A stretch of 64,000 nt of DNA, taken from assembly GCA_964566505.1 (NCBI GenBank), contig CAZMIM010000001.1, positions 132,581 through 196,580 of the forward strand. The letters are read 5' to 3'. The position numbers and the translations under genes are program-made. The notes below the pieces were generated by a model that made no database searches, was not told the origin of the DNA, and was given only the letters and a program-made list of their open reading frames with translations. This stretch comes from an uncultured Candidatus Saccharibacteria bacterium (GTDB lineage: Bacteria; Patescibacteriota; Minisyncoccia; Phycocordibacterales; PCTT01). The first letter of the stretch is position 1, and each line of letters opens with the position of its first letter. Positions 48,325 to 58,028 of the stretch are shown piece by piece.

Positions 48325-48382
48325 CATTAAACAAAATGAGCTGATTTTTAATCAGAGAATATTGTTTAAGTCTGGGAGAGCT

Positions 48383-48428
48383 GAGTCGAACGACTCCCTG
48401 CCTGCCGGCAGGCAGGCCTCCCCGGGCA
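48383..48428 (+). repeat. Degenerate second copy of the tRNA-Leu 3' end (cgactccct...cctccccgggcaca) interrupted by a palindrome gcctgccggcaggc
   Basis: Read directly in the sequence. It lies 58 nt downstream of tRNA-Leu(TAA), and both sides match the tRNA 3' end. Confidence 0.4.
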
Positions 48429-48479
48429 CAGCATAGGTAGAATATTTTGAAAGAAAATGATATGCTACTGTGTTATAAT

Positions 48480-48555
48480 CCGCCCATAGCTCAGTTGGTA
48501 GAGCATCCGGCTCTTAACCGGCAGGTCGTAGGTTCGAATCCTACTGGGCGGACCA
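48480..48555 (+). tRNA. trnK: tRNA-Lys (anticodon CUU)
   Basis: Acceptor ccgccca/tgggcgg, anticodon loop ctCTTaa, T-arm gtagg-ttcgaat-cctac, CCA encoded. Confidence 0.75.
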
Positions 48556-48637
48556 GGGCGAGTGGCGTAATTGGTAGCCGCGCTAGTCTTAGGAACTAGT
48601 GGAGTAATCCGTGGAGGTTCGAGTCCTCTCTCGCCCA
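48556..48637 (+). tRNA. trnL: tRNA-Leu (anticodon UAG), long variable arm
   Basis: Acceptor gggcgag/ctcgccc, anticodon arm ctagt-ctTAGga-actag, T-arm ggagg-ttcgagt-cctct. Confidence 0.8.
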
Positions 48638-48651
48638 CATAAAATAGTTGG

Positions 48652-48678
48652 ACCCCGATGCGTAAGCATTGGGGTTTT
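48652..48678 (+). terminator. Rho-independent terminator after the tRNA cluster
   Basis: ccccgatgc-gtaa-gcattgggg followed by tttt. Confidence 0.6.
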
Positions 48679-49040
48679 ACTATTTTAGTAAACTCATACA
48701 CCAGCCAACAAAAAACACCCGGTCTGATGCCGAATGTTCATAGTCTTCTACAGTGAGTGTTTTTTGAACGGATGAACCCAATGAGACATTCCAATTTCTA
48801 GGTGTCTCTGACCACGCAATCAGACACTAATTACACGGCCAGCAAGAAATCTTCATTCTTCTCTTATGGTGATCAATTGTCAATCTCCAGGTAAGTAGGT
48901 CGCCCCACACGAACGTAATCGACTGAACTAGTCAGTATGTACGAAGAATAGCCTTAAATAAGACTATCTACCCAGCAATAATTATATATCTTGAAATAAT
49001 TTGGTCAAATATTGTGCTCCAAGACTTCATAAAGTAATAT

Positions 49041-49556
49041 GTGTGTAATATGTCAAAACTTCCTTTTTACAAATCCTTTAAAAATTTTTGGATTAATCAA
49101 TTTTCACAAATAAGGCAGGCTTGGGAAAATAAAGAGCTAGTTTGGATACTTTTTTATATATTTGCAATTCTTATATTAATAATGCCTGGAATAGGGTATT
49201 TTGTAGGAGGGGTTGATAATTTAATTACTACTTCAAGAAAATACATCCCTATTATATTCGAGGCAGAATACCCACCAAAAAAATTAAGCTATGAGCTTAT
49301 TAAAAGAAACAAGACTGAAGAAGGGTTGCACAGAACACTTTTTAAAATATCAATAGAATCTTATCCTGGAGATAAAAGAAACCAAACTTTATATGGCATC
49401 AATTTAGGTCAAGATGCTGAATGTGAAAGAGGTAGTGATAAATTTGAAGCGAAAATTTTAGCTGGCATTGCAACCTCAACTCAAGAGTTTTTGTTTGACT
49501 GTCTAACAAAAGAACCTCTTTTGGATAACGGAAAACTCTTCTCTATATTTGAATAG
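49041..49556 (+). CDS. Hypothetical protein with N-terminal TM
   Basis: 171 aa, hydrophobic segment LVWILFYIFAILILIMPGIGYFVGG, very AT-rich. Confidence 0.4.
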   Translation: MCNMSKLPFYKSFKNFWINQFSQIRQAWENKELVWILFYIFAILILIMPGIGYFVGGVDNLITTSRKYIPIIFEAEYPPKKLSYELIKRNKTEEGLHRTLFKISIESYPGDKRNQTLYGINLGQDAECERGSDKFEAKILAGIATSTQEFLFDCLTKEPLLDNGKLFSIFE

Positions 49557-49621
49557 TCTTAAAACACCCGCATGACGCGGGTGTTTTTATTATGTAATTG
49601 GAAACAATATCCACTATTGTT

Positions 49622-49864
49622 TTACACTCCGATACTACTTTTTATAAATGCGAGAATTCCCCATGCGGCTACCATAATAAACATTCCTAGTATTCCCCAA
49701 ATCATATGCCGTGTTCCCTCTTTTCGTTTTTCTGGATTTTCAGCACCAGCAATAAACTTCACAATTCCCCATACAAAATAGAGAAGTGCTAATGCAAATA
49801 TCAAACTTATGAGCGGATTAATAATCGCATCTCCAAGTCGCTGAATGATTCTCTCTGTTGTCAT
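49622..49864 (-). CDS. Small two-TM pilin-like protein (TrbC/VirB2-like), paralog 1 of 6
   Basis: 80 aa. ...LLYFVWGIVKFIAGAENPEKRKEGTRHMIWGILGMFIMVAAWGILAFI, two helices around a charged loop. Confidence 0.5.
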   Translation of the reverse strand: MTTERIIQRLGDAIINPLISLIFALALLYFVWGIVKFIAGAENPEKRKEGTRHMIWGILGMFIMVAAWGILAFIKSSIGV

Positions 49865-49867
49865 ACA

Positions 49868-50233
49868 CTATTGTGGAATTCGTGGCACGCTTATAACGCT
49901 CTCTGCGCTTCTATTGTCTTTGATACCAAGAGAGTTTTGCAAAAATGCAACCAACCCCCATACAGATACCATCACAAATAGAGCAACGATTCCCCACAAC
50001 ATTTGTTGCTTTGCGTCCTCTCGTGCACCTGAGTCTCCTGACTTGCGGATAAAGTTCGCCACACCCCACAAAAAGTAGAGTAGTGAGAGCCCCACCACAA
50101 TAGGAATAATCCACTCAACCCAAATACCAACACTAATGATTAGGTTCTCGATTGTTTGTGCGTATGCAACGCTTGGCAGTGCGAATATAGACAATAACAC
50201 TCCATTTATAATTGTTCCTTTTTGATTCTTCAT
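49868..50233 (-). CDS. Small secreted/two-TM pilin-like protein, paralog 2
   Basis: 121 aa. Signal peptide, then LWGVANFIRKSGDSGAREDAKQQMLWGIVALFVMVSVWGLVAFL. Confidence 0.5.
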   Translation of the reverse strand: MKNQKGTIINGVLLSIFALPSVAYAQTIENLIISVGIWVEWIIPIVVGLSLLYFLWGVANFIRKSGDSGAREDAKQQMLWGIVALFVMVSVWGLVAFLQNSLGIKDNRSAESVISVPRIPQ

Positions 50234-50291
50234 ACAATTCCCATATACGCCAAAAACACCTCATTACGAGGCGTTCTGGTCGTTATAAACG

Positions 50292-50702
50292 TTATCGGAG
50301 GTCAACTGTTGGGATATCACCTCTATCCACATTTCCTCCTGAGCTAATTCCAAGTGTGTTTCCAAGGAATGCTACCAATCCCCATACAGATACCATCACA
50401 AAAAGTGCGATGATTCCCCAGATCATGATGCCTTTTGCCTCTTCTCGAGCATCTCCACTCGATACAACATACTTCACAAGTCCCCATAGGAAGTATAGAA
50501 GTGCTAGCGCAACCACGATTGGAAGGAGCGTGTTGATCCATCCTGCAATTTTCAAAAGAAAATCATCAAGATTTCGTGTTTGGTTTGAAACTCCTTGTGC
50601 AAATGCAAAGAACGGTGTCATGAAATATAGAGATACCATTCCTGCTGCGATTGTTAAATATCTTTTCATATTTGTATTAATAATGTGTAATAAATAAATC
50701 AA
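50292..50702 (-). CDS. Small secreted/two-TM pilin-like protein, paralog 3
   Basis: 136 aa. LWGLVKYVVSSGDAREEAKGIMIWGIIALFVMVSVWGLVAFL. Confidence 0.5.
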   Translation of the reverse strand: MIYLLHIINTNMKRYLTIAAGMVSLYFMTPFFAFAQGVSNQTRNLDDFLLKIAGWINTLLPIVVALALLYFLWGLVKYVVSSGDAREEAKGIMIWGIIALFVMVSVWGLVAFLGNTLGISSGGNVDRGDIPTVDLR

Positions 50703-50788
50703 TATACACGAGCCAAAAACGACCTCTGACTCAGTTTATATTAGGATACCATGTCAAAAACAATAGCGAAAACAAGCTTTGTGGATAG

Positions 50789-51115
50789 CTATCGTGTAGG
50801 AATACCCAGACTTGAGCCAACAAATGACACAAGCCCCCAAAGAGAAAGTAGAACAAAAAGCCCTACAACTCCCCAGACCATACGCTGTTTTCCCTCTTCG
50901 CGCCCTGTAGAACTCTCTGCATTTCGTACAAAGTCTGCTATTCCCCATAGAAATACCAATAGTGCCGCACCTGAAAGGATGGGAATAATAGATGTAATCA
51001 TGCCTGTAATAGAATCTGCAAGTTGTCGAAAGTTTTGGGGTGCAGCATGAGCCACTCGTGGAAACACAGAGTAGAAAAGCACACTATATACAAAATAATA
51101 ATAGTGATAGTCCAT
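50789..51115 (-). CDS. Small secreted/two-TM pilin-like protein, paralog 4
   Basis: 108 aa. LWGIADFVRNAESSTGREEGKQRMVWGVVGLFVLLSLWGLVSFV. Confidence 0.5.
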   Translation of the reverse strand: MDYHYYYFVYSVLFYSVFPRVAHAAPQNFRQLADSITGMITSIIPILSGAALLVFLWGIADFVRNAESSTGREEGKQRMVWGVVGLFVLLSLWGLVSFVGSSLGIPTR

Positions 51116-51453
51116 TAGAGTAGTTCTGTTACTGTATTACTGATAAGCGTACTTAGAACTGTAGCCCCAAGTAGAACCGCCGCACCAATAGCTGTATATG
51201 TAAATGCCCGTCGTGCCTCTGAGATTTTCTCTGGGTTACCTTGTGCTCGCACAAAAAGGAATCCTGCGTATATAAAACCAAGAATAATAAGTGGTGTACC
51301 AAGCTGTACTACAATATCAAGAATAGCTGCCAGTAGCTCTTGTAGGTTTCTGCTCTTTATCGGATTTGTAACACCTTGCCCAAATACAATCATTGGAGCA
51401 AATGCAATCACAGACAGTACCGAAGTATATAGAAATATTGCTTTCTTTTTCAT
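51115..51453 (-). CDS. Small secreted/two-TM pilin-like protein, divergent paralog 5
   Basis: 112 aa. Signal peptide, AGFLFVRAQGNPEKISEARRAFTYTAIGAAVLLGATVL. Confidence 0.45.
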   Translation of the reverse strand: MKKKAIFLYTSVLSVIAFAPMIVFGQGVTNPIKSRNLQELLAAILDIVVQLGTPLIILGFIYAGFLFVRAQGNPEKISEARRAFTYTAIGAAVLLGATVLSTLISNTVTELL

Positions 51454-51455
51454 AT

Positions 51456-51857
51456 TTATTGCTGATCTAGCGGTATATCTATGTTAGCACGCGGGTCAAT
51501 AAAACTCTCTAGCAGTGTGTTAACAACGAGCCACGCTGAAAGCATGATTAAAAGCCCTATAACAGTCTTTTTGAATACATTTTTAGCCTGATCTTTCTTA
51601 CCTGGGCTACCTCCAGAAGTAATAAGTAGAAAACCTGCATATACAAACAGAAGTGGGGCAATAATCGTTACAGACCAGAAAATAAGGGTATTTATGACAG
51701 TATTAAGAAGTACCATGAACTGATTAAAGTCACATACTGGCTCACCATCACCTCCACATGGAACCAATCCTGCAGCTGAAGTAAGAAGTGGTAAAACAAA
51801 AACCACCAATATTAGCAATCCTGAAAATATATGAAGTATAAGCTTTCTTTTATTCAT
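51456..51857 (-). CDS. Small secreted/two-TM pilin-like protein, divergent paralog 6
   Basis: 133 aa. AGFLLITSGGSPGKKDQAKNVFKKTVIGLLIMLSAWLVV. Confidence 0.45.
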   Translation of the reverse strand: MNKRKLILHIFSGLLILVVFVLPLLTSAAGLVPCGGDGEPVCDFNQFMVLLNTVINTLIFWSVTIIAPLLFVYAGFLLITSGGSPGKKDQAKNVFKKTVIGLLIMLSAWLVVNTLLESFIDPRANIDIPLDQQ

Positions 51858-51967
51858 CCCTTTAGAAATTATTGATAACTAGGTTTAATTTATTTAGGTA
51901 TATATTACCCATTATACGTATTTTATGTTTTCCCGTTTATGTATGAAATTTCTAACGGGACTCATAA

Positions 51968-53257
51968 TTATTGTCCAAGTAGAATATCCATCAAATCACT
52001 TGCTCTGTTTACCGACTCTCCTATTCTCAATCGCCCAGATGTAACATCCTCTACCATTTCTTGGAATATTCCTCGTGAACCTGCTGGATTTGGGTCTAGC
52101 CATGATCGAGCAATGACAGCACTCTCATAAAATACACTCTTGTATGCGTCATCTGCTGGCTCACGAAGCAATCGTCTCTGTACCGGTGCTACATTTCTAT
52201 TTACTACAAAAAGCTCTCCTGCGTCTCTCTCAGAGAGAATAAGTGCAAGAGCAAGCGCTCCATTTGGATCTTGGGCTCGTTTTAGAACAGATAGTGCTCC
52301 AATGTGCCCAAGTGTCATTCGAGTATTTGCGCTTCTGATTTGTGGAAATGGTGCTACATCAAAATTCAGGTTTGGATTTACTAGCCGAATATCATCAATC
52401 TCTGACGCAAAACCAAAGTACATTGCCAAATCACCTGATGAGAACATTCGTGATGCTCTTGGGAGTGAGCGGTTCCATGAATAAATAGGTTTTACTGGGT
52501 CTGAAAATTCTGTATAGAAACGAAGCGCTGTCTCTGCTGGGACCAGTGTAGAACCAAATCTCTCTCGTAGTACATTTTCAAGCTCTCCAAAACTGTTTCG
52601 CTCTACAATGGGTGTACCCGCCTGAATAAGCATTGCAGAAAGTACATCTTTTGCATTATCAACATTTCGCATTTCTCCAAACGACACACCTGCTTGCTGT
52701 ATTGTGCCATTGAAGTCACTTTCGGTAAGGTCTGGTACGACAGTATTAAACTCATCCCAATATGAAGGAGGTGATACAAGACCAGCATTTGCAAATATAT
52801 TTTTGTTCCAATACATCACAAGCGGATCTACATATAGAGGAAATCCAATTATACCCTCTTCATTTGTGAATATATCTGCCCCATCGATATATGTGTCTTT
52901 GAAATCACGCAGAGAAAATGTCTCGTATGGAATGGCGATTATTTTCTCTTGGTGTGTGAGAATCTGGTCTTCATTTATCAAAATAGCGTCAGGACCTCTG
53001 TCTTCTGCAAGCGCTTCTGTAAGCTCTATATCAAAATCATCACGAGAGAACTCCTCGTATGAAATATTTACAGCATTGTTTCCAGCAAAAAGCTCTCCTG
53101 TAACACGCTCAAACACATCTTCGTCTAGCACTCCCCATACTTCTACATTAATAGCGTCTTGTGGAGTAGAGCGCTGAAGACCCAAGAAAATCACTCCGAT
53201 AACTGCAAATGCACCGAAAATGATTGTGATTATTAGCTGAAATGTATTTCCTTTCAT
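51968..53257 (-). CDS. Extracellular solute-binding protein (ABC transporter SBP, family-1-like) with N-terminal membrane anchor
   Basis: 429 aa. N-terminal TM IITIIFGAFAVIGVIFLGL, then periplasmic binding-protein-like body. Confidence 0.55.
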   Translation of the reverse strand: MKGNTFQLIITIIFGAFAVIGVIFLGLQRSTPQDAINVEVWGVLDEDVFERVTGELFAGNNAVNISYEEFSRDDFDIELTEALAEDRGPDAILINEDQILTHQEKIIAIPYETFSLRDFKDTYIDGADIFTNEEGIIGFPLYVDPLVMYWNKNIFANAGLVSPPSYWDEFNTVVPDLTESDFNGTIQQAGVSFGEMRNVDNAKDVLSAMLIQAGTPIVERNSFGELENVLRERFGSTLVPAETALRFYTEFSDPVKPIYSWNRSLPRASRMFSSGDLAMYFGFASEIDDIRLVNPNLNFDVAPFPQIRSANTRMTLGHIGALSVLKRAQDPNGALALALILSERDAGELFVVNRNVAPVQRRLLREPADDAYKSVFYESAVIARSWLDPNPAGSRGIFQEMVEDVTSGRLRIGESVNRASDLMDILLGQ

Positions 53258-53264
53258 GTTTGTA

Positions 53265-53792
53265 TTATTTTACCGCAATAAAGCCGTAGTGATGAGCCCC
53301 CGCATCCACTGTCTTTCCTATTGTAAACCCTACTTCTTCACATATTGTGCGCACTGCATGCTCTGGAACAATGTCCTCTGTCTTTGGACCAAGTCCTCCA
53401 AACGAATCACTCCAATCTATTACAAGAAGCTTCCCACCTATTTTTAGTACTCTATATGCCTCTTTTACTAGTGCTTCTTTGTTTTCTATTTGGAAGAGTG
53501 TGTTTGAAAGCACCACTGCATCAAGTGACTGTGGTGAAAGTGTGCTTCCGTTTTCTTTCTCAAGGTCAGCCCATACTATTTCTATATTTGCGAGCTCTTG
53601 CTCTCGAGCAAAGCGCTGTGTTCGTGTGAGTAGGTCTTTTTGAATATCCACCGCATACACAACTCCCGATTTACCCACTTCTTGTGCCGCCGCAATAGTA
53701 TAAAATCCAGAACCAGAACCAAAATCAGCTACATGCATACCTGCAAGCAAATCAAGGTGTGAAATATTTTTATCTGGATCAGAAAATGACAT
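53265..53792 (-). CDS. Class I SAM-dependent methyltransferase
   Basis: Motif I VADFGSGSGFYTIAAA, motif post-I VYAVDI. Confidence 0.65.
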   Translation of the reverse strand: MSFSDPDKNISHLDLLAGMHVADFGSGSGFYTIAAAQEVGKSGVVYAVDIQKDLLTRTQRFAREQELANIEIVWADLEKENGSTLSPQSLDAVVLSNTLFQIENKEALVKEAYRVLKIGGKLLVIDWSDSFGGLGPKTEDIVPEHAVRTICEEVGFTIGKTVDAGAHHYGFIAVK

Positions 53793-53913
53793 ATATCCCT
53801 CTTGTATACTCCCTATAATACACTACCCACGCACCATATTACACACCTCTATACACAAAAGAGAACAGCGTACCACACAATGTGTGATACGCTGTTTGGA
53901 TCCTCCTGGAAAC

Positions 53914-54255
53914 CTAGCGATAAACGAAAGATCCTATTGATGTCTCCAGGCCTTCCTTTTCAAGAACAACCTTTTCAACAAACTCATCCGTCCCAATAAT
54001 AGCGACGTAAAAGTTTGCTTCAGTGGAGTCATTGAGCAACTCAATTGTATCACTCCAAATTGCAATCTTGGCAGAAGACATCCCGAATGTTTCTTCAAAT
54101 TCAACGACTGCAGTGCAGTCGTTTGCGTTGTTATCTACGCAAACGACATTGTCAATTGACGTAACTTTAGCAAGCTTCACGTCATTGAATTCACATCCGG
54201 TGAGAATGCAAGTTGAGAAAACAATCAGTACGAGTATGAAAACGATGTTTTTCAT
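53914..54255 (-). CDS. Putative lipoprotein
   Basis: MKNIVFILVLIVFSTCILTGCEF, signal plus lipobox. Confidence 0.4.
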   Translation of the reverse strand: MKNIVFILVLIVFSTCILTGCEFNDVKLAKVTSIDNVVCVDNNANDCTAVVEFEETFGMSSAKIAIWSDTIELLNDSTEANFYVAIIGTDEFVEKVVLEKEGLETSIGSFVYR

Positions 54256-54398
54256 TGTAGTTACTCCGTAGAAGGAGTGGTTGGTTCATGTATCTACGTG
54301 TATTATACTATATTTAAAGTATATTGTCAATGTTTAATATTAAAATAGCAAAATATAGCTCAACTTCAACACAAAACCCCGCATATGCGGGGTTTTGG

Positions 54399-56870
54399 TT
54401 ATACGCAGATAAGTGTTGCTACACTGTCGCCTGCTTTTAGCTTCATGATTCGTACTCCTTGTGTTGAGCGACCAAGTGTTGGTACCTCACCAGAATCGAG
54501 TCGTATTACTTGCGATTTCTTAGACATTGCTACAATCTCTTGCTCGTCATTGAAAATAATCTTTGCCCCCATCAAATCTCCTGTCTTTGCTGTGAGGTTT
54601 ACAGTCTTTATACCGCTTCCTCCTCGCTTTTGTACTTTGTACTCAGAAAGACTTGTTCTCTTTCCGTATCCATTTGCACTAATAACAAATAGGTCTCCGT
54701 CTTTCTTCTCATCATTTATAACCGTTGCATCTATCACTTCGTCTTTTGCTCCAAGCTTGATTCCCTTTACACCTGCCGCTGAGCGACCCATTTCTCGAAC
54801 ATCGCTTGCTTTAAATCGAATTGATTGTCCCTTTCTAGTCATAATCATCAGATCATCACTGTCTTTTGCAAAAGATGCTGAAACAAGTGTGTCCCCCTTC
54901 TTGAGTGAAATGGCGATAAGTCCGCTTCGTCGTACATCATGGAAGCTTTCTGCATCTACACGCTTTGTAACTCCGTTCTTAGTAATCATTGCAAGAGTTG
55001 TATCTTTTTTCTTGATTACCTTTGGCATTGGCAGAATAGATGTCACCACCTCACCTTCTTCAAGCGCAATAAAGTTTGCGATTGATTTTCCTCGTGTAGC
55101 TCTACGTCCTTCTGGAAGCTCGTACATCTTTAGCTTGTACACCTTTCCTGCGCTTGTGAAGAATAGAATGTCGCTGTGAAGCGTGGTGTAAATAAGTGAT
55201 GTAATAAAGTCCTCATCCTTTGTGTTTAGGTCTACCACACCAACACCTCCTCGCTTTTGCTTTTTGTACTCACTTGGGTTTGTGCGCTTTACATAACCTC
55301 CTGATGTGTATACAAGTACACTCTCCTCATCTGGAATAAGGTCTTCATCTGAGATATCTTTTGCTTTTGTTGCTACCACCTTTGTGCGTCTGTCGTCTGC
55401 ATGCTTATCTCGCACCTCAAGTAGCTCTTTCTTTACTTGATTTCGAATCTTTGTATCGCTTGCAAGAAGCGCCTTTAGCTCTTTTATAAGTGCTTGGATA
55501 GATTTGAGCTCGTCCTCAATCTTCTTTCGCTCAAGTCCAGCGAGTCGTTGAAGTTTCATCTCAAGAATAGCTGTTGCTTGTTTCTCTGAGAATTTGAACT
55601 TCTTCATCAAGTTTGCGTGCGCAACTTGTGTATCCTTTGAAGCTTTAATGAGCTTGATAATCTCATCGATATGATCGAGCGCCTTTTTAAGACCAAGAAG
55701 AATGTGCTCTCGTGCCTCTGCTTTGTCCAAATCATACTGAGTTCGACGTGTAATCACTGTAATTCGGTGTGATACGAACTCTTCAAGAATTGCCTTTAGT
55801 GAAAGTGTTTGTGGTACACCATCTACTAGCGCAACCATGTTGAAGTGGAAACGCTCTTCTAGCTGTGTGTGTTTGTATAGTGAGTTGAGTAGCTTGTTTG
55901 GATGTGCGCTTGATTTTAGCTCTATAACAATACGAATATCTTTTGTAGACTCATCTCGAATGTCTTTTATGCCTTCTAGTTTTTTAGCTCTCAGTAAATC
56001 AGCCATCTTCATAATAAGCGCTGATTTGTTTACTCGATATGGGATTGATGTAATAACAATCTCAAACTGTCCTGCCTTTTTCTCTACAATCTCTGCATGA
56101 CCTCGCGTGAGTACACCTCCTCGCCCACTTGCGTATGCATGTGCAATATCATTTTTACCAAAAATCATTCCTCCTGTTGGGAAGTCTGGACCTTTTACAA
56201 ACTGTAGTAGGTCTTCTGTGGTTGCACTCTTGTTTTCAATAAGGTGCACTGTGGCATCAATAACTTCACCAAGGTTATGTGGTGGAATGTTGGTTGCCAT
56301 ACCCACAGCAATACCAAGTGTTCCATTGAGAAGTAGATTTGGAACAGCTGCTGGCAATACTGACGGCTCTTTCTTTGTGCCGTCGTAGTTTTCACGAAAA
56401 TCTACTGTGTTTTTGTTGAGGTCAGAAAGCAGGTCTGCTGAGATTTTTGACATCTTTGCCTCAGTATATCGATACGCAGCTGGTGCATCACCATCGATAG
56501 AACCAAAGTTACCTTGTCCGATTACGAGCGGATATCTGTATGAAAAATCTTGTGCCATTTTCACCATGGCATCATATGCTGCGGCGTCACCATGTGGGTG
56601 ATAACTACCAAGAACGTGTCCGATAACAGTCGCTGACTTTCGGAATTTTGCTCCTGCAGTAAGTCCCATCTCATTCATAGAATAGAGAATTCGTCGGTGC
56701 ACTGGCTTTAGACCATCACGCACATCAGGAAGCGCTCGAGAGGTAATAACGGACATCGCATAGTCGAGATACGCCTCGCGCATTTCGCTCACAATAGGGC
56801 GGTCAATTACGCCCTCTTTTACCACCTTTACATCCTCTGGTTTTTCGTTTTTATCGCTCTTTTTAGCCAT
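54399..56870 (-). CDS. gyrA: DNA gyrase subunit A
   Basis: [26 protein letters not shown], active-site region, C-terminal beta-pinwheel repeats. Confidence 0.9.
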   Translation of the reverse strand: MAKKSDKNEKPEDVKVVKEGVIDRPIVSEMREAYLDYAMSVITSRALPDVRDGLKPVHRRILYSMNEMGLTAGAKFRKSATVIGHVLGSYHPHGDAAAYDAMVKMAQDFSYRYPLVIGQGNFGSIDGDAPAAYRYTEAKMSKISADLLSDLNKNTVDFRENYDGTKKEPSVLPAAVPNLLLNGTLGIAVGMATNIPPHNLGEVIDATVHLIENKSATTEDLLQFVKGPDFPTGGMIFGKNDIAHAYASGRGGVLTRGHAEIVEKKAGQFEIVITSIPYRVNKSALIMKMADLLRAKKLEGIKDIRDESTKDIRIVIELKSSAHPNKLLNSLYKHTQLEERFHFNMVALVDGVPQTLSLKAILEEFVSHRITVITRRTQYDLDKAEAREHILLGLKKALDHIDEIIKLIKASKDTQVAHANLMKKFKFSEKQATAILEMKLQRLAGLERKKIEDELKSIQALIKELKALLASDTKIRNQVKKELLEVRDKHADDRRTKVVATKAKDISDEDLIPDEESVLVYTSGGYVKRTNPSEYKKQKRGGVGVVDLNTKDEDFITSLIYTTLHSDILFFTSAGKVYKLKMYELPEGRRATRGKSIANFIALEEGEVVTSILPMPKVIKKKDTTLAMITKNGVTKRVDAESFHDVRRSGLIAISLKKGDTLVSASFAKDSDDLMIMTRKGQSIRFKASDVREMGRSAAGVKGIKLGAKDEVIDATVINDEKKDGDLFVISANGYGKRTSLSEYKVQKRGGSGIKTVNLTAKTGDLMGAKIIFNDEQEIVAMSKKSQVIRLDSGEVPTLGRSTQGVRIMKLKAGDSVATLICV

Positions 56871-56942
56871 ATTTAAAGTGTAATTATATCATATTTGGAT
56901 ACAAAAATCGAGCGCAAAAACGCCTCTTTATACCCATATTTA

Positions 56943-57260
56943 CTACTCGTTTTCTTGTCTATATTCTGTCTTCCCAAAAAGACTTAGTACATCGTCCCAG
57001 ACACCCTGAACCTCTTTTGTGATTACTTTGAAATCACTCCCAATAGCCTCCATTGGAGACGCCATATATACATCAGGCTCGTGTTCGATAACCTCTTCTT
57101 GTGTTTGTGGCTGTGTATTTCCACCAAAGAAGAAGTTCTTAACAGCCACAAATGAGTTGTATGAAGTGGTGCTAGACCACAAAGACACAATAAGCGCTGT
57201 GATGACCAGTGCTGAGAAAAACGCAATGTGTTTTTTATATCGTATCTCTTTGTGTCGCAT
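56943..57260 (-). CDS. Hypothetical protein with N-terminal TM
   Basis: 105 aa. HIAFFSALVITALIVSLW. Confidence 0.35.
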   Translation of the reverse strand: MRHKEIRYKKHIAFFSALVITALIVSLWSSTTSYNSFVAVKNFFFGGNTQPQTQEEVIEHEPDVYMASPMEAIGSDFKVITKEVQGVWDDVLSLFGKTEYRQENE

Positions 57261-57262
57261 TG

Positions 57263-57901
57263 TTATGCATTTGATGAGAGAAGGACCGCCACATCTCCTT
57301 CTTTGTCTGAAATATCTCTTTGCTTGATAGTGAGCTTATCAACTCCTTTCACGTCTTCTGCGCTCATTTCTTTTAGAAATGTTTGAAGAGCTTTATCTTT
57401 TTCATCTTTGAAGTGCATTGGGATAACAAGTTTTGAAGAGAGCTTTACTGCAAGCTTTGAAGCCTCTACTGCATCTAGTACTCCTTCGCCAGAAATTGGT
57501 ACAAAAAGAATATCTATCTCATCGATTGCCTCCAATACGTTTTGTGGAAGATCTTTGGTAGATAGCGCCCCTAGAAAGCAGAGCATCATGTCTTCTAGTT
57601 TTACAAAATACACTGTGTTGTTTCGTTTTTTCCCATCGTACTCTGACTCAGTCAAAAATCCTTTAACAAAAACTCCTTTTACTTCGTATTCACCTGGACC
57701 AACTATAGAAAAGACCTCGTCATTCTTTGCTGACATGTCGTCTGACCCATTAAAGTCGGGGTGCATAATGGATGAAAGTGTAATATCAGCTCCAAATCGT
57801 ACTGATGAGTGCTTTGATTTTTTTGATGGTGGGTTGAATGCCAAAACAGTGTCCCCAAACTGTACTCTAAAGCACTGTAATCCGTGGTGTGTGATAATCA
57901 T
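57263..57901 (-). CDS. Metallo-beta-lactamase-fold metal-dependent hydrolase (UPF0173-like)
   Basis: 212 aa. MIITHHGLQCFRVQFGDTVLAFNP..., MBL-like fold inferred from general pattern. Confidence 0.45.
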   Translation of the reverse strand: MIITHHGLQCFRVQFGDTVLAFNPPSKKSKHSSVRFGADITLSSIMHPDFNGSDDMSAKNDEVFSIVGPGEYEVKGVFVKGFLTESEYDGKKRNNTVYFVKLEDMMLCFLGALSTKDLPQNVLEAIDEIDILFVPISGEGVLDAVEASKLAVKLSSKLVIPMHFKDEKDKALQTFLKEMSAEDVKGVDKLTIKQRDISDKEGDVAVLLSSNA

Positions 57902-58028
57902 AGTAGTAATATATTAGCAGAATATAACCGTAATTCAAACGGCTCAGCTTCTAGAAGCTGAGCCGTTGCTTTTTTTAATGGCTTTACAAAGCCCTTTTCA
58001 ACGGCTCAACCGGTTGAGCCGTTGAAAA

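Noticed and set aside
54385-55179. 264-aa plus-strand ORF and several 60-100 aa ORFs lying antisense inside gyrA
   Set aside because: Fully embedded antisense to a high-confidence gyrA gene with low-complexity Ser/Phe-rich translation. Typical shadow ORFs of an AT-rich gene.
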